Assembly (NCBI GenBank): GCA_964016885.1
Contig: OZ024754.1
Location: 46,252,001-46,316,000 of the forward strand
Length of the DNA stretch: 64,000 bases
Source: Eledone cirrhosa
Taxonomy: Eukaryota
Reading direction: 5' to 3'
The translations under genes and the position numbers were made by a program. Numbering within the stretch: the stretch's first letter is position 1; every line of letters begins with the position of its first letter. Under the pieces are notes generated by a model. It was not told the DNA's origin, did no database searches, and was given only the letters and a program-made list of their open reading frames with translations. Below, piece after piece: positions 12,438 to 25,525 of the stretch.

Positions 12438-14419
12438 TTAAGCTGATGTTTGTAGAATAATTTAAAAAATTTTTCTTGCATAAAATTATGAAATGTTTTA
12501 ATTTAAGTATAAACATTTGGTATCACAAGGGTTAATGATGGCTTGTATGCCTTCTTTATCTCAAGCTAGTCTGACTAGTGAGTGTTATGAACAGAAAATT
12601 TAGCAAATGCAGGTAAAGTATTTTGTAAACAACTCCCATACACACATATATATATATAATGTACACATACAAGTACACACATTTACACACAACATTCATG
12701 GGTGTTCTTATATTATCAACAAATGTGTGTGTATATGTATATATTAGGTTTTATAATTGGGAATCCTGACAGACATAGGGCCACTTTGTGTGTGTGTGTA
12801 AATTTCTCTGCGTCTTTTGTTACCTGTACATAATATTCATTTCTAACTTATATATATGCTTCTTTCTCCTTCGTCTCTGATCCCCATCCCATCCTGACAC
12901 CACCAGAACCTCACCCCAACATTCCACCTTGGGCCTATAACATATCTCAGGTGTTGTATAGTACAGAGGCCATCCTCCTTGTCACTCACTGCCAGGCAGC
13001 TCTCTTTGGGGCCCTCTTCCTCTGTCTCTGTATATGTATGTGTCTCTCTATGCCTGTGTGTGCGTATGTGTCTCTATGCCTGTTTGTGTGTGTGTGTGTG
13101 TGTCTCTGTATGCCTGCCTGTTTGTGTGTGTCTCTATACCTCTTTGTGTGTATGTGCCTGTATGCCTGACTGTGTGTATCTGTATAGCTGTAGTTATCTG
13201 TATGTGTCTATCCCACTGTGTAAGAAGATCCTAAATGATAAAGCAAGTGGATTCTTGAGAAAATTCTAGATAGAGACAGAGAATGCTTGAAGCGCTTCAG
13301 TCATTCAGTTGAGTACACTGTAGCTGAGATGGCAGCTAGATGGGATGGTGTTGGTAGTGGCAATGATAGTTCTTGTGGTGGTTGTGGTGATGATGATGGA
13401 TGGATGGTGTGTGTTGTTGGTGGCAGTGATAGTGCTTGTTGTTGTGGTGATGGTGGTGACAATGATAGTGGTGGGGGTGCAATGACAGAAAATATTTTTA
13501 TCAAATATCAGTCATGTTTTTGTGGGTTTTTGTTGTTGCTTCAGCCCCCACTCCCACCCCATCAAAATATGTACACTTTGGCAGAGCTGCTAACTGGTGA
13601 TTGTGCATGGGGGTGGGGTGGGGGAAGCATTTTTGTGAGAGTGCTTCTGAACAAAAATTGTCTTGGAGCATTGCTCATCTCTACATCACTACATAACACT
13701 CTAAAGGTACTGCTGAGGATATCTCTCTCTCTGGCCCTATACTCCATCTCTATCAAACTACCCACCTCCTCACTACATATACAATATTTACCCCACTCTA
13801 CACAACAACATGAAGGTGATATACTCATTCCACACATTGTGGTTTGGTTTAAGCTGTTATTAAATAGATTCCTTCATCTTTTTACTTCCCTCTTCCTCTC
13901 TCTCTCTCTCCCTTTTCTCCCCCTCCTCTAACTTTATTATATTCAACAGCCCCCTCTTTTCTTTTTCCACCTCCACTTCATTTTCCAGTTTGTCTCTTTA
14001 CACTTTGATTTTTCTTCCTTCCTTTCCGACCTAAACCAATTCACACACCATCACATCATTTAATGTCCATTGGATGGGTTTTCACAAACTCACCTAGTAC
14101 TCAAGCAAAGCTACTGACCTCTCAGATGAGCCAAGGGCCCTACATCTTATTTACATATGCTACCCATGCTCTGCTGAGTGCTATTTATTGTGGCACCAGC
14201 AACTAAGGAAGTTGTCATGTCTTTGACATGCTTAAATAGTTCTCCCAACCCTTCTTTTTGGCAGGTTTTCTATAACCGAGTGCCCTTCCTATCACCAACT
14301 ACTTTACAATATGTTTGTATATATATTTAGTCTTTTACATGTTTCAGTTGATAGGCTGATAAAACAAAGTACCAGTAATACACTAGGGTAATTGCTGGCC
14401 TTGTGCCAAAAGTAGAAAC

Positions 14420-14457
<38 letters not shown>

Positions 14458-14667
14458 CAAGAGTGAGAAATTGTTGAGACAAATTGTATCCACATATGTC
14501 TATGTATATTTATATAGGTACAATGACATTAGTAGAGATGACTAAATGGACATACACTGACAGTATTGCTGGTCTGTTCAAGGTCACAGCATCTCATAAT
14601 GTAGTGAAACAAAAATTATACAGCTGCCATGCCATTCATTTGCCTTGTGCCTGACTTTGAAATAATT

Positions 14668-14950
14668 ATTGTGGTTTGGATTGCTGTGGTTGTTGTTGAG
14701 GTTTGGATTGCTGTGATGATGGTTGATGTTGTTGTGGTTTGGATTGCTGTGATGATGGTTGATGTTGTTGTGGTTTGGATTGCTGTGATGATGGTTGATG
14801 TTGTTGTGGTTTGGATTGCTGTGTGATGGTTGATGTTGTTGTGGTTTGGATTGCTGTGATGATGGTTGATGTTGTTGTGGTTTGGATTGCTGTGATGATG
14901 GTTGATGCTGTGGTGATGGTTGATGCCGTTGTGGTTGTGGTGGTGGTGGT
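14668..14950. repeat. 36-bp minisatellite
   Basis: GGATTGCTGTGATGATGGTTGATGTTGTTGTGGTTT repeated about 7 times. Confidence 0.9.
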
Positions 14951-14977
14951 TGCTTGAATATTTCCAGGCCTCCATTA

Positions 14978-15177
14978 CACCTTTAGCATTTAAGCCAGCC
15001 ATATCCGGCCACAATTCTTTCACCACTTTCTGTTCAAACTGGCTGTAACTGGCCACTTATACTCAGTTTAAGTTATTCTTATTTAAATAAATATCAAAAT
15101 CTTGTAGATTCGATATTATGTGTGATAATTATGTGAGTTCAAGCCATGAAAATATTACTAATGTAAATGCTAATGGG
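14978..15177 (-). mobile_element. piggyBac-type MITE family A, copy 6 (inverted, 48 nt before exon 3)
   Basis: Reverse complement of family A, ending AATGCTAATGGG-TTAA. Confidence 0.75.
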
Positions 15178-15225
15178 TTAAAAGACAGTTAATAAACAAT
15201 ATTTATGTTGAATTTTCTCTTGTAG

Positions 15226-15369
15226 TGTACAAAGATGTCTTCAGTTTGTTTGATGACGACGGGGATGGGATTATTTCAACCCGGCAACTTGGTGACGTTC
15301 TGCGGAAGCTAGGAATGAGCCCCACAGAAGGTGAAGTCAATGAAATGATAGAGAAAGTTGACTGTGATG
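15226..15369 (+). CDS. Calmodulin-like gene, coding exon 3 (EF-hand 1 and start of EF-hand 2)
   Basis: TTTTCTCTTGTAG acceptor and GTAAGT donor, 144 nt. Encodes (L)YKDVFSLFDDDGDGIISTRQLGDVLRKLGMSPTEGEVNEMIEKVDCD(G). Confidence 0.95.
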
Positions 15370-16417
15370 GTAAGTATACAGCAACATCATTACTGCATTT
15401 CTTATACTTGGTATTTCATGCTGTTGGTCTTATCGTCACTGCTGCAATTTTTATATTTCATGCTTCAAGTAAACTATACCACCATCAACTCACCCATAAT
15501 ATGAGCGAACAAGGGTGTTTCTATATGGTAACTATACCACCATCTTAGTTCACCCATAATATGAGCTATTGAGGGTACCTCTATGTGATAACTCAACCTG
15601 CTAGAACTAGCAAACAAATCACACCCTACCATCATAAAGAAGGAAGGATACATCACATTTGATAATGTAGATCTTAAGATATACACTATTTTAAAATCAC
15701 AGGATGATAATGGCTTGAACAATTTTTAAATCGTAAATATACCCAAAGAGATCTGTCCTGGGGCTAAACAACAACAACATAAAGACCCTTTGGTCATGAA
15801 TGACCATGGGGGTTTGCACCTAGAAAGTTTCCTTTCAAAGGCACACCTCTAGATAAGGCTGAAGCACCCACTTTGAGAACCTCTGCTCTAACCACTAAGC
15901 GACATGTCTTTACAATGACAACAACATAGTACCCATAACAGTGTATTGTATTTGTTGTTGGTACATAGTTATCACAGCATTTGTGATATATACCATTACT
16001 TTACCTTAAACTCACAGGCAGATCTAGCTACCTTGACTGGCTTCATCTGCCCTACATATGTCTGTATGTTTTTCACATTTGTTTCTGTCTGGTGAAACTA
16101 AGCTTCCCTCTTATCACATTCAGCTATGATAATGGATTTGACAATGTGGTATTCAGGTGCTGTAAACTGCAATCCACAGGATAAAATACCATTCTGTTGG
16201 TATGTTGTAAGGGTTGGGTTCTTTTAGGTAATTTATGTAATACATGCAAACCCACACACGTGTACATGAATAATAATAGATGGGTTTATAAACCCCCTCT
16301 ATAATATGCACATAATGCTATTTATGTTATGTGTGTGTTTGTAGAAATCAGTTAAATCAGGTGTTGTCTAACCCATGCTAGCAGGGAAAGTGAATGTTAA
16401 ACAATTATGATGATGAT

Positions 16418-16625
16418 CTCACAGGGATACAGTGTGCCTCACAGTGATACAGTGTACTTATATTAAACCAGGTACACACAGGGTTAGAGTGTACCTATAC
16501 TAAACCAGGTACTCACAGGGATAGTGTACCTATACTAAACCAGGTACTCACAGGGATAGAGTGTACTAATTGTAAACCAGGTATACACAGCAATATTGTG
16601 TACCTATTGTAAACCAAGTACTGAC
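16418..16625. repeat. About 37-bp minisatellite upstream of exon 4
   Basis: CACAGGGATAGAGTGTACCTATACTAAACCAGGTACT repeated about 5 times. Confidence 0.8.
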
Positions 16626-16726
16626 AGTAAGTAGTTTTGTGGATTGAACAGTTGGAATACTGAACCACTTTGAAATTTTTGTTAGATTCTTCATTATAAT
16701 TCAATGATCGGTTCTATTATTAACAG

Positions 16727-16969
16727 GAAGTGGTACTATTGATTTTCCCGAGTTCCTGCGTATGATGTCCAACCAAACCGAGGACTTTGATCACGAAACC
16801 GAGATCCGTGAGACATTCCGCATATTTGATAAAGATGGCGATGGTTATATCTCTGCTGGAGAACTGCGTTATATGTTTGCCAACATGGGTCAAAAGTTGA
16901 CGGATGAGGAGATCAATGAAATGATCCTCGATGCTGACATTGATGGTGACGGACGGATTAACTATTCAG
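16727..16969 (+). CDS. Calmodulin-like gene, coding exon 4 (EF-hands 2-4)
   Basis: TAACAG acceptor and GTAAGC donor, 243 nt. Encodes [13 protein letters not shown]...[13 protein letters not shown]...GQKLTDEE...[11 protein letters not shown]. Confidence 0.95.
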
Positions 16970-17146
16970 GTAAGCAAATACAACTTTTTTATGAATTTCA
17001 GTCATTAGGCTGTGGCCATGCTGGGGCACCACATTCTTTTACTGGTTTTAATTATTAGACTGTGGCTATGCTGGGACACCACCTTCTTTTACTGTTTTTA
17101 GAGAAAATTTTATTTATCTATTGTATAGTTGAGAAAGTTCTCTATA

Positions 17147-17347
17147 TAGGGTGTATCAAAAAGAATCATCCAATTTCAAAAGACTGAATGGTATGTAAAA
17201 ATTGTAAATAACTTTTATAAAAAGTTATAAAAAGGAATAAAACTTTATATTCAGACATTTATTGTACAAGTTACCACATTATTATATGGTCATTTGTTTA
17301 AAAAATATAACTTTTTGAAATTGGATGATTGTTTTTGATACACCATG
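17147..17347. mobile_element. Tc1/mariner-type MITE
   Basis: About 30-bp TIR GGTGTATCAAAAAGAATCATCCAATTTCAAAA and its reverse complement. A smaller similar element lies at about 17762-17853. Confidence 0.65.
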
Positions 17348-19256
17348 TCTATATAATACATGTAGCCATTTCAAAGTTCTATATATCTATTGTATACTTG
17401 AGAAAGTTTATATGTATATCAGCATCTTCCCTGTCACCACCCCTCTTGTATGTCATCACTGCCTGCTACTTTCATTCTATTTACTAACTTCCTTATACTT
17501 TCATTTACCTGTCTCACCCTCTCTCATTCATTCTTTCTATCTCTCTTACTCTCACCATGTAGCGACTATTCTTTCAGTTTCTTTTCTCTGGTACTCTCTC
17601 CATCTTGTTTATACATTGATATCTTCGGTAACTTTAATTAAATGCACTGCTCCCATTTACTCTGCACTTGCATTAACACTTTCATTACCATATTTCTAAT
17701 GAAAGACCCTTTTCTGTCTAGGCAATGTCAGGTATCTAAAGCTAACATATATATATTGAGAGGATGTCCCCCAAAAATGTATACACACCTCAGAATTCTA
17801 CTAAATATTGCCTGTACAGGTAATAAAAGTGTGTAAACATTTTTGGGACACTTTATATATATATAATGTATGAAGTCAAATTTTTGGCTTTTGAAATGCT
17901 GAGAATAGTATAGGAGAAAGGATAAGTGAACACTGGTGAGAACTCCAGGATGGGAAAAACTCATCAGTACTCCACCAACATGCCAAAATAGAACATAGGG
18001 GCACATTAGAGAACATAGAGATAACAATTATATCCACGCACAGGAAAGATGCAATGCTCAGACAAATCACAGAGGTGACAAACATAAACGAACTCCAACC
18101 AAAATTAAACAGAAAACATGAGTGGAATAGCAACATCACAACTAGTAATTAGGGACAAAATGAAGACATACAGACACACACAAAAACCAAACTAACAAAA
18201 CAAAAGTAAAATTGATATGGAGGGTTTGTGATTTATCTCACATCTGATGCATGACAAACCACAAACCCTCAATCTCAATTTCACTTTTGAAATTTCACTG
18301 TAAAACTAGTAAAGGAAATAAATAAATATTCTTAAAAAGACTCCAGTTGCCTGTTTCGATTTCTTTTCCTATCATCAGCAGAGATAAAGATAGCAATCTT
18401 TACATAGTCCTCAACATGCTGCTACCAACTTAATGAAGCTTAGCCTGTGTGAAGATCACATTAATTATTGGTAGAATTGGACTCAGCGTTGTTTCTCAAG
18501 CTGTTACCATCTGCTCCTGTAATATATTATGTAATCAATGTGCACAAAAATACAATACCTTTATTTTAATCTGAAGCTTCTGGCAATAAACTGCCAAATT
18601 AACACCACATTAACCACACTGCATCTTCAAAAATTATAAATAGTATGCATATTTTTATGCCCACACATTGATGTACATGAATATACTAATCATGCGATAG
18701 GTGCCAAAAATTATCTTCGTTGCAAGTTTTCCATGATTGATATAGTAATAAAATGGTCAAAAAAATAGAATATTGTGTTGTCTGCTGCTGTATGATGAGT
18801 TCAATAGCACCACTGCTGCTGTTTTCTTGTCTTTTCTGGGAAAGGAGATTAAATTTCAACTGCCTCAGTCCATGTTATCAGGCATGTATATCATACCTCT
18901 TCCATGAACAGTGTTTTAATTGCTACAGTCCACCTAGCTATCAAATAAATATAGTATTACTTTCTATGAAAGATTACATTTTAACTGCCTCAGTCCAACA
19001 TTTTATCAGGTCTGTATATAATACCACTTCTAGGAAAGGGAACGATATTTTAACTCGGTCCACTTTGGTATCAGAAATAAATGCAGTATTGTTAAGGTGG
19101 TTATTAGCAGAATTTGTAGAGCATTGGATAAAATACCATTGCAATATTTGTTCTGGCTCTTTACATTGTGTTCAAACCTTGCCAAGGTCAACTTTGCTTT
19201 TCATCTTTCCAGATTTAATAAATGAAAGTACCAGTCAAATACTAGAGTTGATTTAA

Positions 19257-19460
19257 CCCTTTAGCATTTACATTAATCTCTATATACTATTGTATTTTCG
19301 TGGTAAAGGTTTTATCTCACCTAATATCGAATCTATCAGATTTTCGTTTCTATTTGAGAACAATAGCTCAACATAAGTATGAGTGGCCGATTAGAGCTGG
19401 TTTGAACAGAAAGGGGCGAGACAATTCTGGCCGGATACGGTCAGTTTAAATACTAAAGGG
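19257..19460 (+). mobile_element. piggyBac-type MITE family A, copy 7, inserted inside a SINE
   Basis: TIRs present. SINE sequence precedes it (about 19100-19250) and resumes after it (to about 19515). Confidence 0.75.
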
Positions 19461-19688
19461 TTGATCAATTTTGCCCTTACCTCAGAATTGCTGGCCTAAT
19501 GTCTAAATTAGAAATTAAAATCTGATATTCTGTTGTGTTTCTGTGAAAGGAGATTTTAATTTAACTTCCTCGGTTCACCCATCATCGTTGTTTTAATGTC
19601 CACATTCTGTGCTACCCAGTAAGCAGTCAATAGTACTGGTCACCCTTTGAAAAATATCTTTGGTCTTGAACGGTCTGATACCCTAAGC

Positions 19689-20774
19689 CAGAGTTTCTCA
19701 AACGTATTGGGTCCCCACCCCACCCACTAGTGGCCACGTGATACTCTCAGCGCCGCCAACCTTATTTCAAGAGAGATCTACCTACACGCAGATTCTAAAA
19801 TATATATAATAAATAAAATCATTAATTTATATATAATAAATAATATAATATATACTATGTATAAATAAATATTATATATTTTTTAGTTTACTATATTTAT
19901 ATACCTATACATATATATTAAACTGAAGTTGTCTCTGTGTGTGTGTGTCCCTAATTTTGGCAAAATCTATACCAATCCACATTTCTACTCCGATTGACTT
20001 CAAACTTGCATTTATATATTTCTTGCGGTCTAAAGATATTAACTGCGGCTTTTATTTTTCAATTTTCTGTTAAAGGCGTTTTTTTTCACTAAAACTTTAA
20101 ACCATTTTTGTCAGTTAGTTCGGTAATTTTGTTCAAGAGAGACAACTCTTTAGTATTTTGAAAGAGTTACCTCTCTTTATAGACTTTATTATCCTACTTA
20201 AACGTACATCCCTTGAAATTGTTGATGGTGACCCCAATAGTAACTCCGAAGCGTTCGGCATCCGATATAACAGTTCGGTCTATATCAGATTGGGTAGATT
20301 TTTGTAACCTTAAAAGTATCCAACTAAATTCCTTCATGCTCTCCACCACTGCAGTCCCACATGCTTACTGCTCTGTAACTATTATTTTCATTGTACCATA
20401 GCACAACAAATACATGTTCGGTTTGTCGAATGCTTTTTTACTTAACCCTATCGTCTTGGCTTTCGTGGGTTGAACATTTTACTCTCAGGCACCCAATTAA
20501 GTTAAACCCCTGGTAATCTACGACAACTTTTTTTTATAAGCACAAAATGTAGACACCATCCCCAGGCCGAGGTATTCCGTACTTCTCTGTACTGTTTCTG
20601 AAAGGAGGGATGAACATGCCAATCTATGTTTAGAAGCCCGAGCAATGCCGGGCCATTCTGCTAGTAGTATGTATCATTTGATATTTAATATACTGTTATA
20701 TAATATCTCTTTCTCTTTCTCTCTCTCCCCCCCCCCCCCCCCAAGAGTGCTAGCGCCCACTTGGAGAACCTTTA
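19689..20774. mobile_element. hAT-type MITE containing a nested Helitron
   Basis: Imperfect TIR CAGAGTTTCTC / GAGAACCTTTA with 8-bp TSD-like CCCTAAGC / CCCTAACC. Confidence 0.55.
19905..20664 (+). mobile_element. Non-autonomous Helitron
   Basis: 3' hairpin GCCCG-AGCAATGC-CGGGC followed by CTAG|T. The 5' region matches 45901-46055. Left boundary approximate. Confidence 0.7.
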
Positions 20775-20825
20775 CCCTAACCCAAGGTCTCAAACTTAAG
20801 GATTCAAAAAGCCATTACAACCAGT

Positions 20826-20916
20826 ACAATCAGTATGAGTGGCCAGTTACAACCAGTTTCAACAGAAAGAGGAGAGAGATTTCTGGCTGGATATGGCTGG
20901 TTTAAATGCTAAAGGG
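20826..20916 (+). mobile_element. piggyBac-type MITE family A, 3' half
   Basis: Right half of family A ending AAATGCTAAAGGG-TTAA. Confidence 0.65.
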
Positions 20917-21308
20917 TTAAACAGTGATGATTATATATATATATATATATTAACAAACATACACACTTGTAAGTGTGTAATCTTTAATAGGTTGTTTCAT
21001 GTGCCAACAGAGAAAATGGCTGTTGCCATCCAGCCAAAATCTTTATTGGATATATTTCAACTAGAAAATAGTAAAGATAAAATGTTCAGGCTGGCAGGTG
21101 TTGACTTCACAAGACATTTTTATATTTCTTCCTATCAGCTACTCCCCATGATTTGAATGTCATGTTTGTGAGAGGCCGCTCACCACATACACAAATATAC
21201 ATATGTGTTCAGATGTCACCTTACTACAATATATCTTTGTTTCATGATCTGTTCTTTTGTATGCATATGTGTGTATGTATATATATATATATATATGTGT
21301 GTGTGCGA

Positions 21309-21342
<34 letters not shown>

Positions 21343-21780
21343 GTTTGGGTTTATGTATTGTATGGACCAATGCATGCATATAAAGATAACGATTGTGAGC
21401 ATCAAGACACTGCAGTATAGAGTAAACTATATGTAAAGCAGTTTTTAATATACCATCATCATCATCATCATTATCACAATCACTGTTTATCAGCTATTTT
21501 CCATCATGATGACTATACTGATGATTATTGCATATATATAGGCACATGGCTTAGTGGTTAGAGCATTGAGCTTGCAATCGAAAGGTTGTGAGTTCAATTC
21601 TCAGACCGGGTGATGTGTTGTTTCCTTGAGCAAGACACTTTATTTCACATTGTATCAAGCCAGAATCAGTTCCCGTCCCACCCTTGCAAGCAGGGAAAAG
21701 CGGACGTAAAATGAAATGATGTGTGTGTGTGTGTGTATATATATATACCTATGTGTTTGTATATATATATAAATATATAT

Positions 21781-24382
21781 CATCATATCATCATCGTTTA
21801 ACGTCCATCTTCCACGCTAGCATGGGTTAGACGGGAGTTGTCCCAATTTGAGGCAAGGTTGGTCGGGTTACCGTGTCTCGCTCATATAGGACTATCTGGC
21901 AGGTTTTCTATGGCTGGATGCCCTTCCTAACACCAACCACGTTTACAGTGTGGACTGGGAACTTTTTACCATGTTACCTACATGGCCACATTACAGCGTG
22001 GACTGTGTTTTTTGTCATGACACCTACACAATCTCGATCTCCATCTCATTTTCTCATTTATTTGGACTGGAGTCTTGGTGGGAGTGGGAGGATGGAGTAG
22101 GGATAGTGTATATTTGGTTAAGAGGTGCCTACTGACTGTAGGTTTCGCTTTGTACGTAGGCAAGGCGGGTATTCTGTATTACTGCGTGGTAAAAAGATCT
22201 CAGTCCAGTGACATTGTCACTTCCATCAATTTTGATCGCCCTGCACTTTTTTATACAGCTGTCATCTTTCATGCGCATCACGTGACCATACCAACGTAGT
22301 CTTCTCTCAAGTAAACAGCATCAGATCCCTATTAGTCCTAATTTCTCACTTAGTTCATTTATGCTTTGCCGTTCACGTATATTGCTATTACACATCCAGT
22401 GGAGCATGCATGCTTCGTTCCTTTCCAGTCTACGCAGGTCCTCTGCACACAACGCCCATGTCTCACTGCCATGTAGCATTGCTGTTTGTATACAGGCATC
22501 ATACAATCTGCCTTTCATTTTTAGAGAGAAACCTTTTGTGGCCAACAACGGTATAACCTCTCTGAACCTTTTCCATCCCGTTCTGACTCTGGCTACTGTA
22601 TTTTCAGAGCACCCACCACCACTGCTGATTTTGTCACCCAGGTAACCATCTGGGCAATAGAAGGAGCTAGTATCCTGTGGGCACTTGTTACTTATTACAC
22701 CTGAGCATCGGCCACATATAAAATCTACATTCTTAGATAGTTTACCTGTGATCCCACTACATCTTTTATGTACCCATAGTTTGCATTTGGGCCATAAAAT
22801 GGAATTTCTACCTACTCCTTTCCTACACACTGAGCATGGCCATTTCCCTGAGGGCACCGGTGCCCTATTTTCCTTTCTACAAACTAGAACTTTAGACTTA
22901 GACAAGTTAACTTTAAGGCCTTTTGATTCTAGGCCATGCTTCCATGTTTGGAATTTCTTCTCTAGTTCAGCCATAGATTCAGCTGTGAGAGTTAGATCAT
23001 CTACGTATAGGAGTTCCCATGAGCAGCCTGAAGGGCAATAATAAATAGGAGGGGGCTAAGGACAGAGCCTTGATGAACACCAACTTTTACACTAAATTCT
23101 TCACTATATTCATTGTTAATTGTAACCTTACTGACTGTTTCTTTATACATGGCTTGTATAGCTCTCACAAGCCATTCATCTACACCTAGTTTTCTATGAG
23201 CCCACCAGATAATGGTGCGGGGGACTTATCCTGTAGTTGTCGTACAAGGAAAAGAGCGTCTGTGGTACTTTTACCTGACACAAATCCAAACTGCATTTCA
23301 TCGAGATCAATTCACTCTCTGATTAGTTGCGCTATAACTCTTTCTGTGACCTTCATGACCTGGTCAACTAACTTAATGCCTCTAGAGTTTCCCCTATCTA
23401 GAGCATCCCCTTTATCCTTGTAGCAGTTAATGATGATGCTGCTACGCCAGTCTTTTGGTATGACCCCAATCTGTATTACTTGGTTTACTATACGGGTGAC
23501 CATAGTATGTCCCACCATTCCAGATGCCTTCAACATCTCAACAACTATCTCCGAAGGCCCAGCTGCTTTGCCTGTCTTCATATCTTTGATTGCCTTACTT
23601 ATTATACTATCTTTAACTTGCACCGCTAGTCCTTCTATTGGATCGATTTGGGGCAGACTATCTTTTTCCCATTTATTCTCCTAATTTAATAGTCTCTCGT
23701 AGTGACACTTCCAAGCTACCTTCTTATCAGTATCAGTGAGGGCAAGTACACCATTATCATTACGGACACACTTCTCCCCGACAATATCACGGTTTTCCTT
23801 GACACATTGTTTAGCAATCCTGAGCATCTCATGTTTTTGTTCTTCACGTTGTAGAACATGCTTGAACTTTTTATCCTCTGCTTCCCTTTTTGTAAGGTAC
23901 ACTTGTCTTCTAGCTTCTCTCTTGGCCACTTGATAGTGTTCTCTACTTCCCCCATCCTGCCATACTTTTCAAGCCTGCTTTTTGGCCTTGATTGTCTCCT
24001 CCACCTTACTGTTCCATCACCAAGTTACTCTCCTCCTACCAATAGGTCTGCTCCAGCCACAGATTTCATCCGTCGCTTTCAGCAGGTTCACTTTCAAGAA
24101 TTCCCACTGTTCCTCTATATTGTACGTCTCTAATTGCTCTTCCTTATTGTCAAAGGCATCAAATAATAAGCTTTTAAATTTGTCACTGGCTATGGGGTCC
24201 TTTAACTTCCATATTCTTCTCCTCAAGGTAGTCTTCCTCTGCCGTTGAGTACGTCTATTCCTGACTATGAGGTCACTAACTACTAGACTATGTTGGGCGG
24301 TGCATTTAGTGTTTACAACAGACACTTTGTCACGTCTTCTAGTAAGTATATAATCTATCTGGCTGACGTGTTCCCCTGATCT
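21781..24382 (-). mobile_element. RTE-clade LINE, 5'-truncated and degraded
   Basis: RT-associated peptides (KAAGPSEI, RGIKL, ELLYVDDL), C-terminal WPCSVCRKGVG motif, LHGSETW and a (GAT)n tail; contains stops and frameshifts. Confidence 0.9.
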
Positions 24383-24719
24383 ATATATAAATATATGAGA
24401 GAGGGACAAGAGATAGAAATGCGTGTGTGTATATACATAGATGTGTGTGTTTGTATATATATAATGTGTGAGGTACAAGAGATAGATATATTGTGAAGAC
24501 AATTGTTATGTGTGTTGTGTCAAAGACACTGGGTGGCAATGTACTTCTAGATATCAACATCACCATACATCACAGCTGTGTTACAGAGTAACCAACCAAC
24601 CACTAGGCTGACATTATCTTGTAGGGAGATAGAAGCTCTCTCGGTGTTAACATATTTTGATAAGATCAACAGTAATATTTTTGAGTGGAGAAAAATAATA
24701 ATTTTACTTCCTAATTACA

Positions 24720-25075
24720 ATTGTTACGATCGCAAATACAAGCGGCCGAGATGGGATTCCTCCGAAGGGCCTTTGGAGTAACGTTACATGATAAAGTGCA
24801 TAGCTTGGAGATCAGAGGGTCACTCCAGGTAGAGCTGCTATTTCTCCAAATTGAGATATCACAGCTCCAATACTATGGGACAAGGTTAGAATGTCTTAGG
24901 AAAGAATCTAGGGGTAGACACCGAGCAAGATGGCTGGATAACATCCATGAGCTTGGCTGGTCATGCTTGGGGATCCAGCCAGATTAATTGGAGATGGTTG
25001 CTTCTGGCAGGACCTGCTGGAAGGAGTATTTGATGACTCTGCCCCTACGACCCTCTCTGGAATAAGTGGTTGAAG
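24720..25075 (+). mobile_element. 3' fragment of a second RTE-like LINE family
   Basis: SQIQAAEMGFLRR...LQYYG matches the typical RTE C-terminal region. Confidence 0.65.
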
Positions 25076-25488
25076 AAGAAAAAAAAATAATATTCTTATT
25101 TATCTTTGAAAACCTGAAGAAAGGGATGATGGAGGTGTCGTTATTTTCTCTCTACTCCTGAAGCAGAATTAGTAGTAGAGTCTTTCTTGTAATTCGTGAA
25201 AGAAAGGGTCATTATCAAAACATATGTAAAGGGCCATGTTGATTAGGGATTATTATCACTGAATGGTAGAAGAGAAAGAGAGAGTCTAAGTTAAGGGTTG
25301 TTTTATCTCTGCATCATTTTTTAAACCTGTAGTCCTGAACTGGAGGTTACGCTGTGATGCAACATGAAATGACTTTGTCACTGTCTGATGTTTCATATTT
25401 TATACATCTTAAACATTGATAATGTCAAACATCTCTCTCTCTCTCCCTCTCCCTCTCTCTCAACGTCTATCTTCCACGCTAGAATGGA

Positions 25489-25524
<36 letters not shown>

Positions 25525-25525
<1 letters not shown>

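Noticed and set aside
13287-13931. 214-aa ORF
   Set aside because: Built from GGT/GAT and CT low-complexity tracts, lies in an intron and has no recognisable domain.
15370-15548. C-terminal extensions of the EF-hand ORFs in the track (also 16970-17058)
   Set aside because: Read-through into introns past consensus GTAAG donors.
21541-21615. tRNA-like sequences (also near 59165 and 4105)
   Set aside because: A/B boxes without a complete cloverleaf, running into SINE bodies; these are SINE heads, not tRNA genes.
25352-25392. Box C/D snoRNA or SECIS reading of the duplicated 123-bp unit
   Set aside because: The C box is imperfect and too close to CTGA, and there is no SECIS core geometry.
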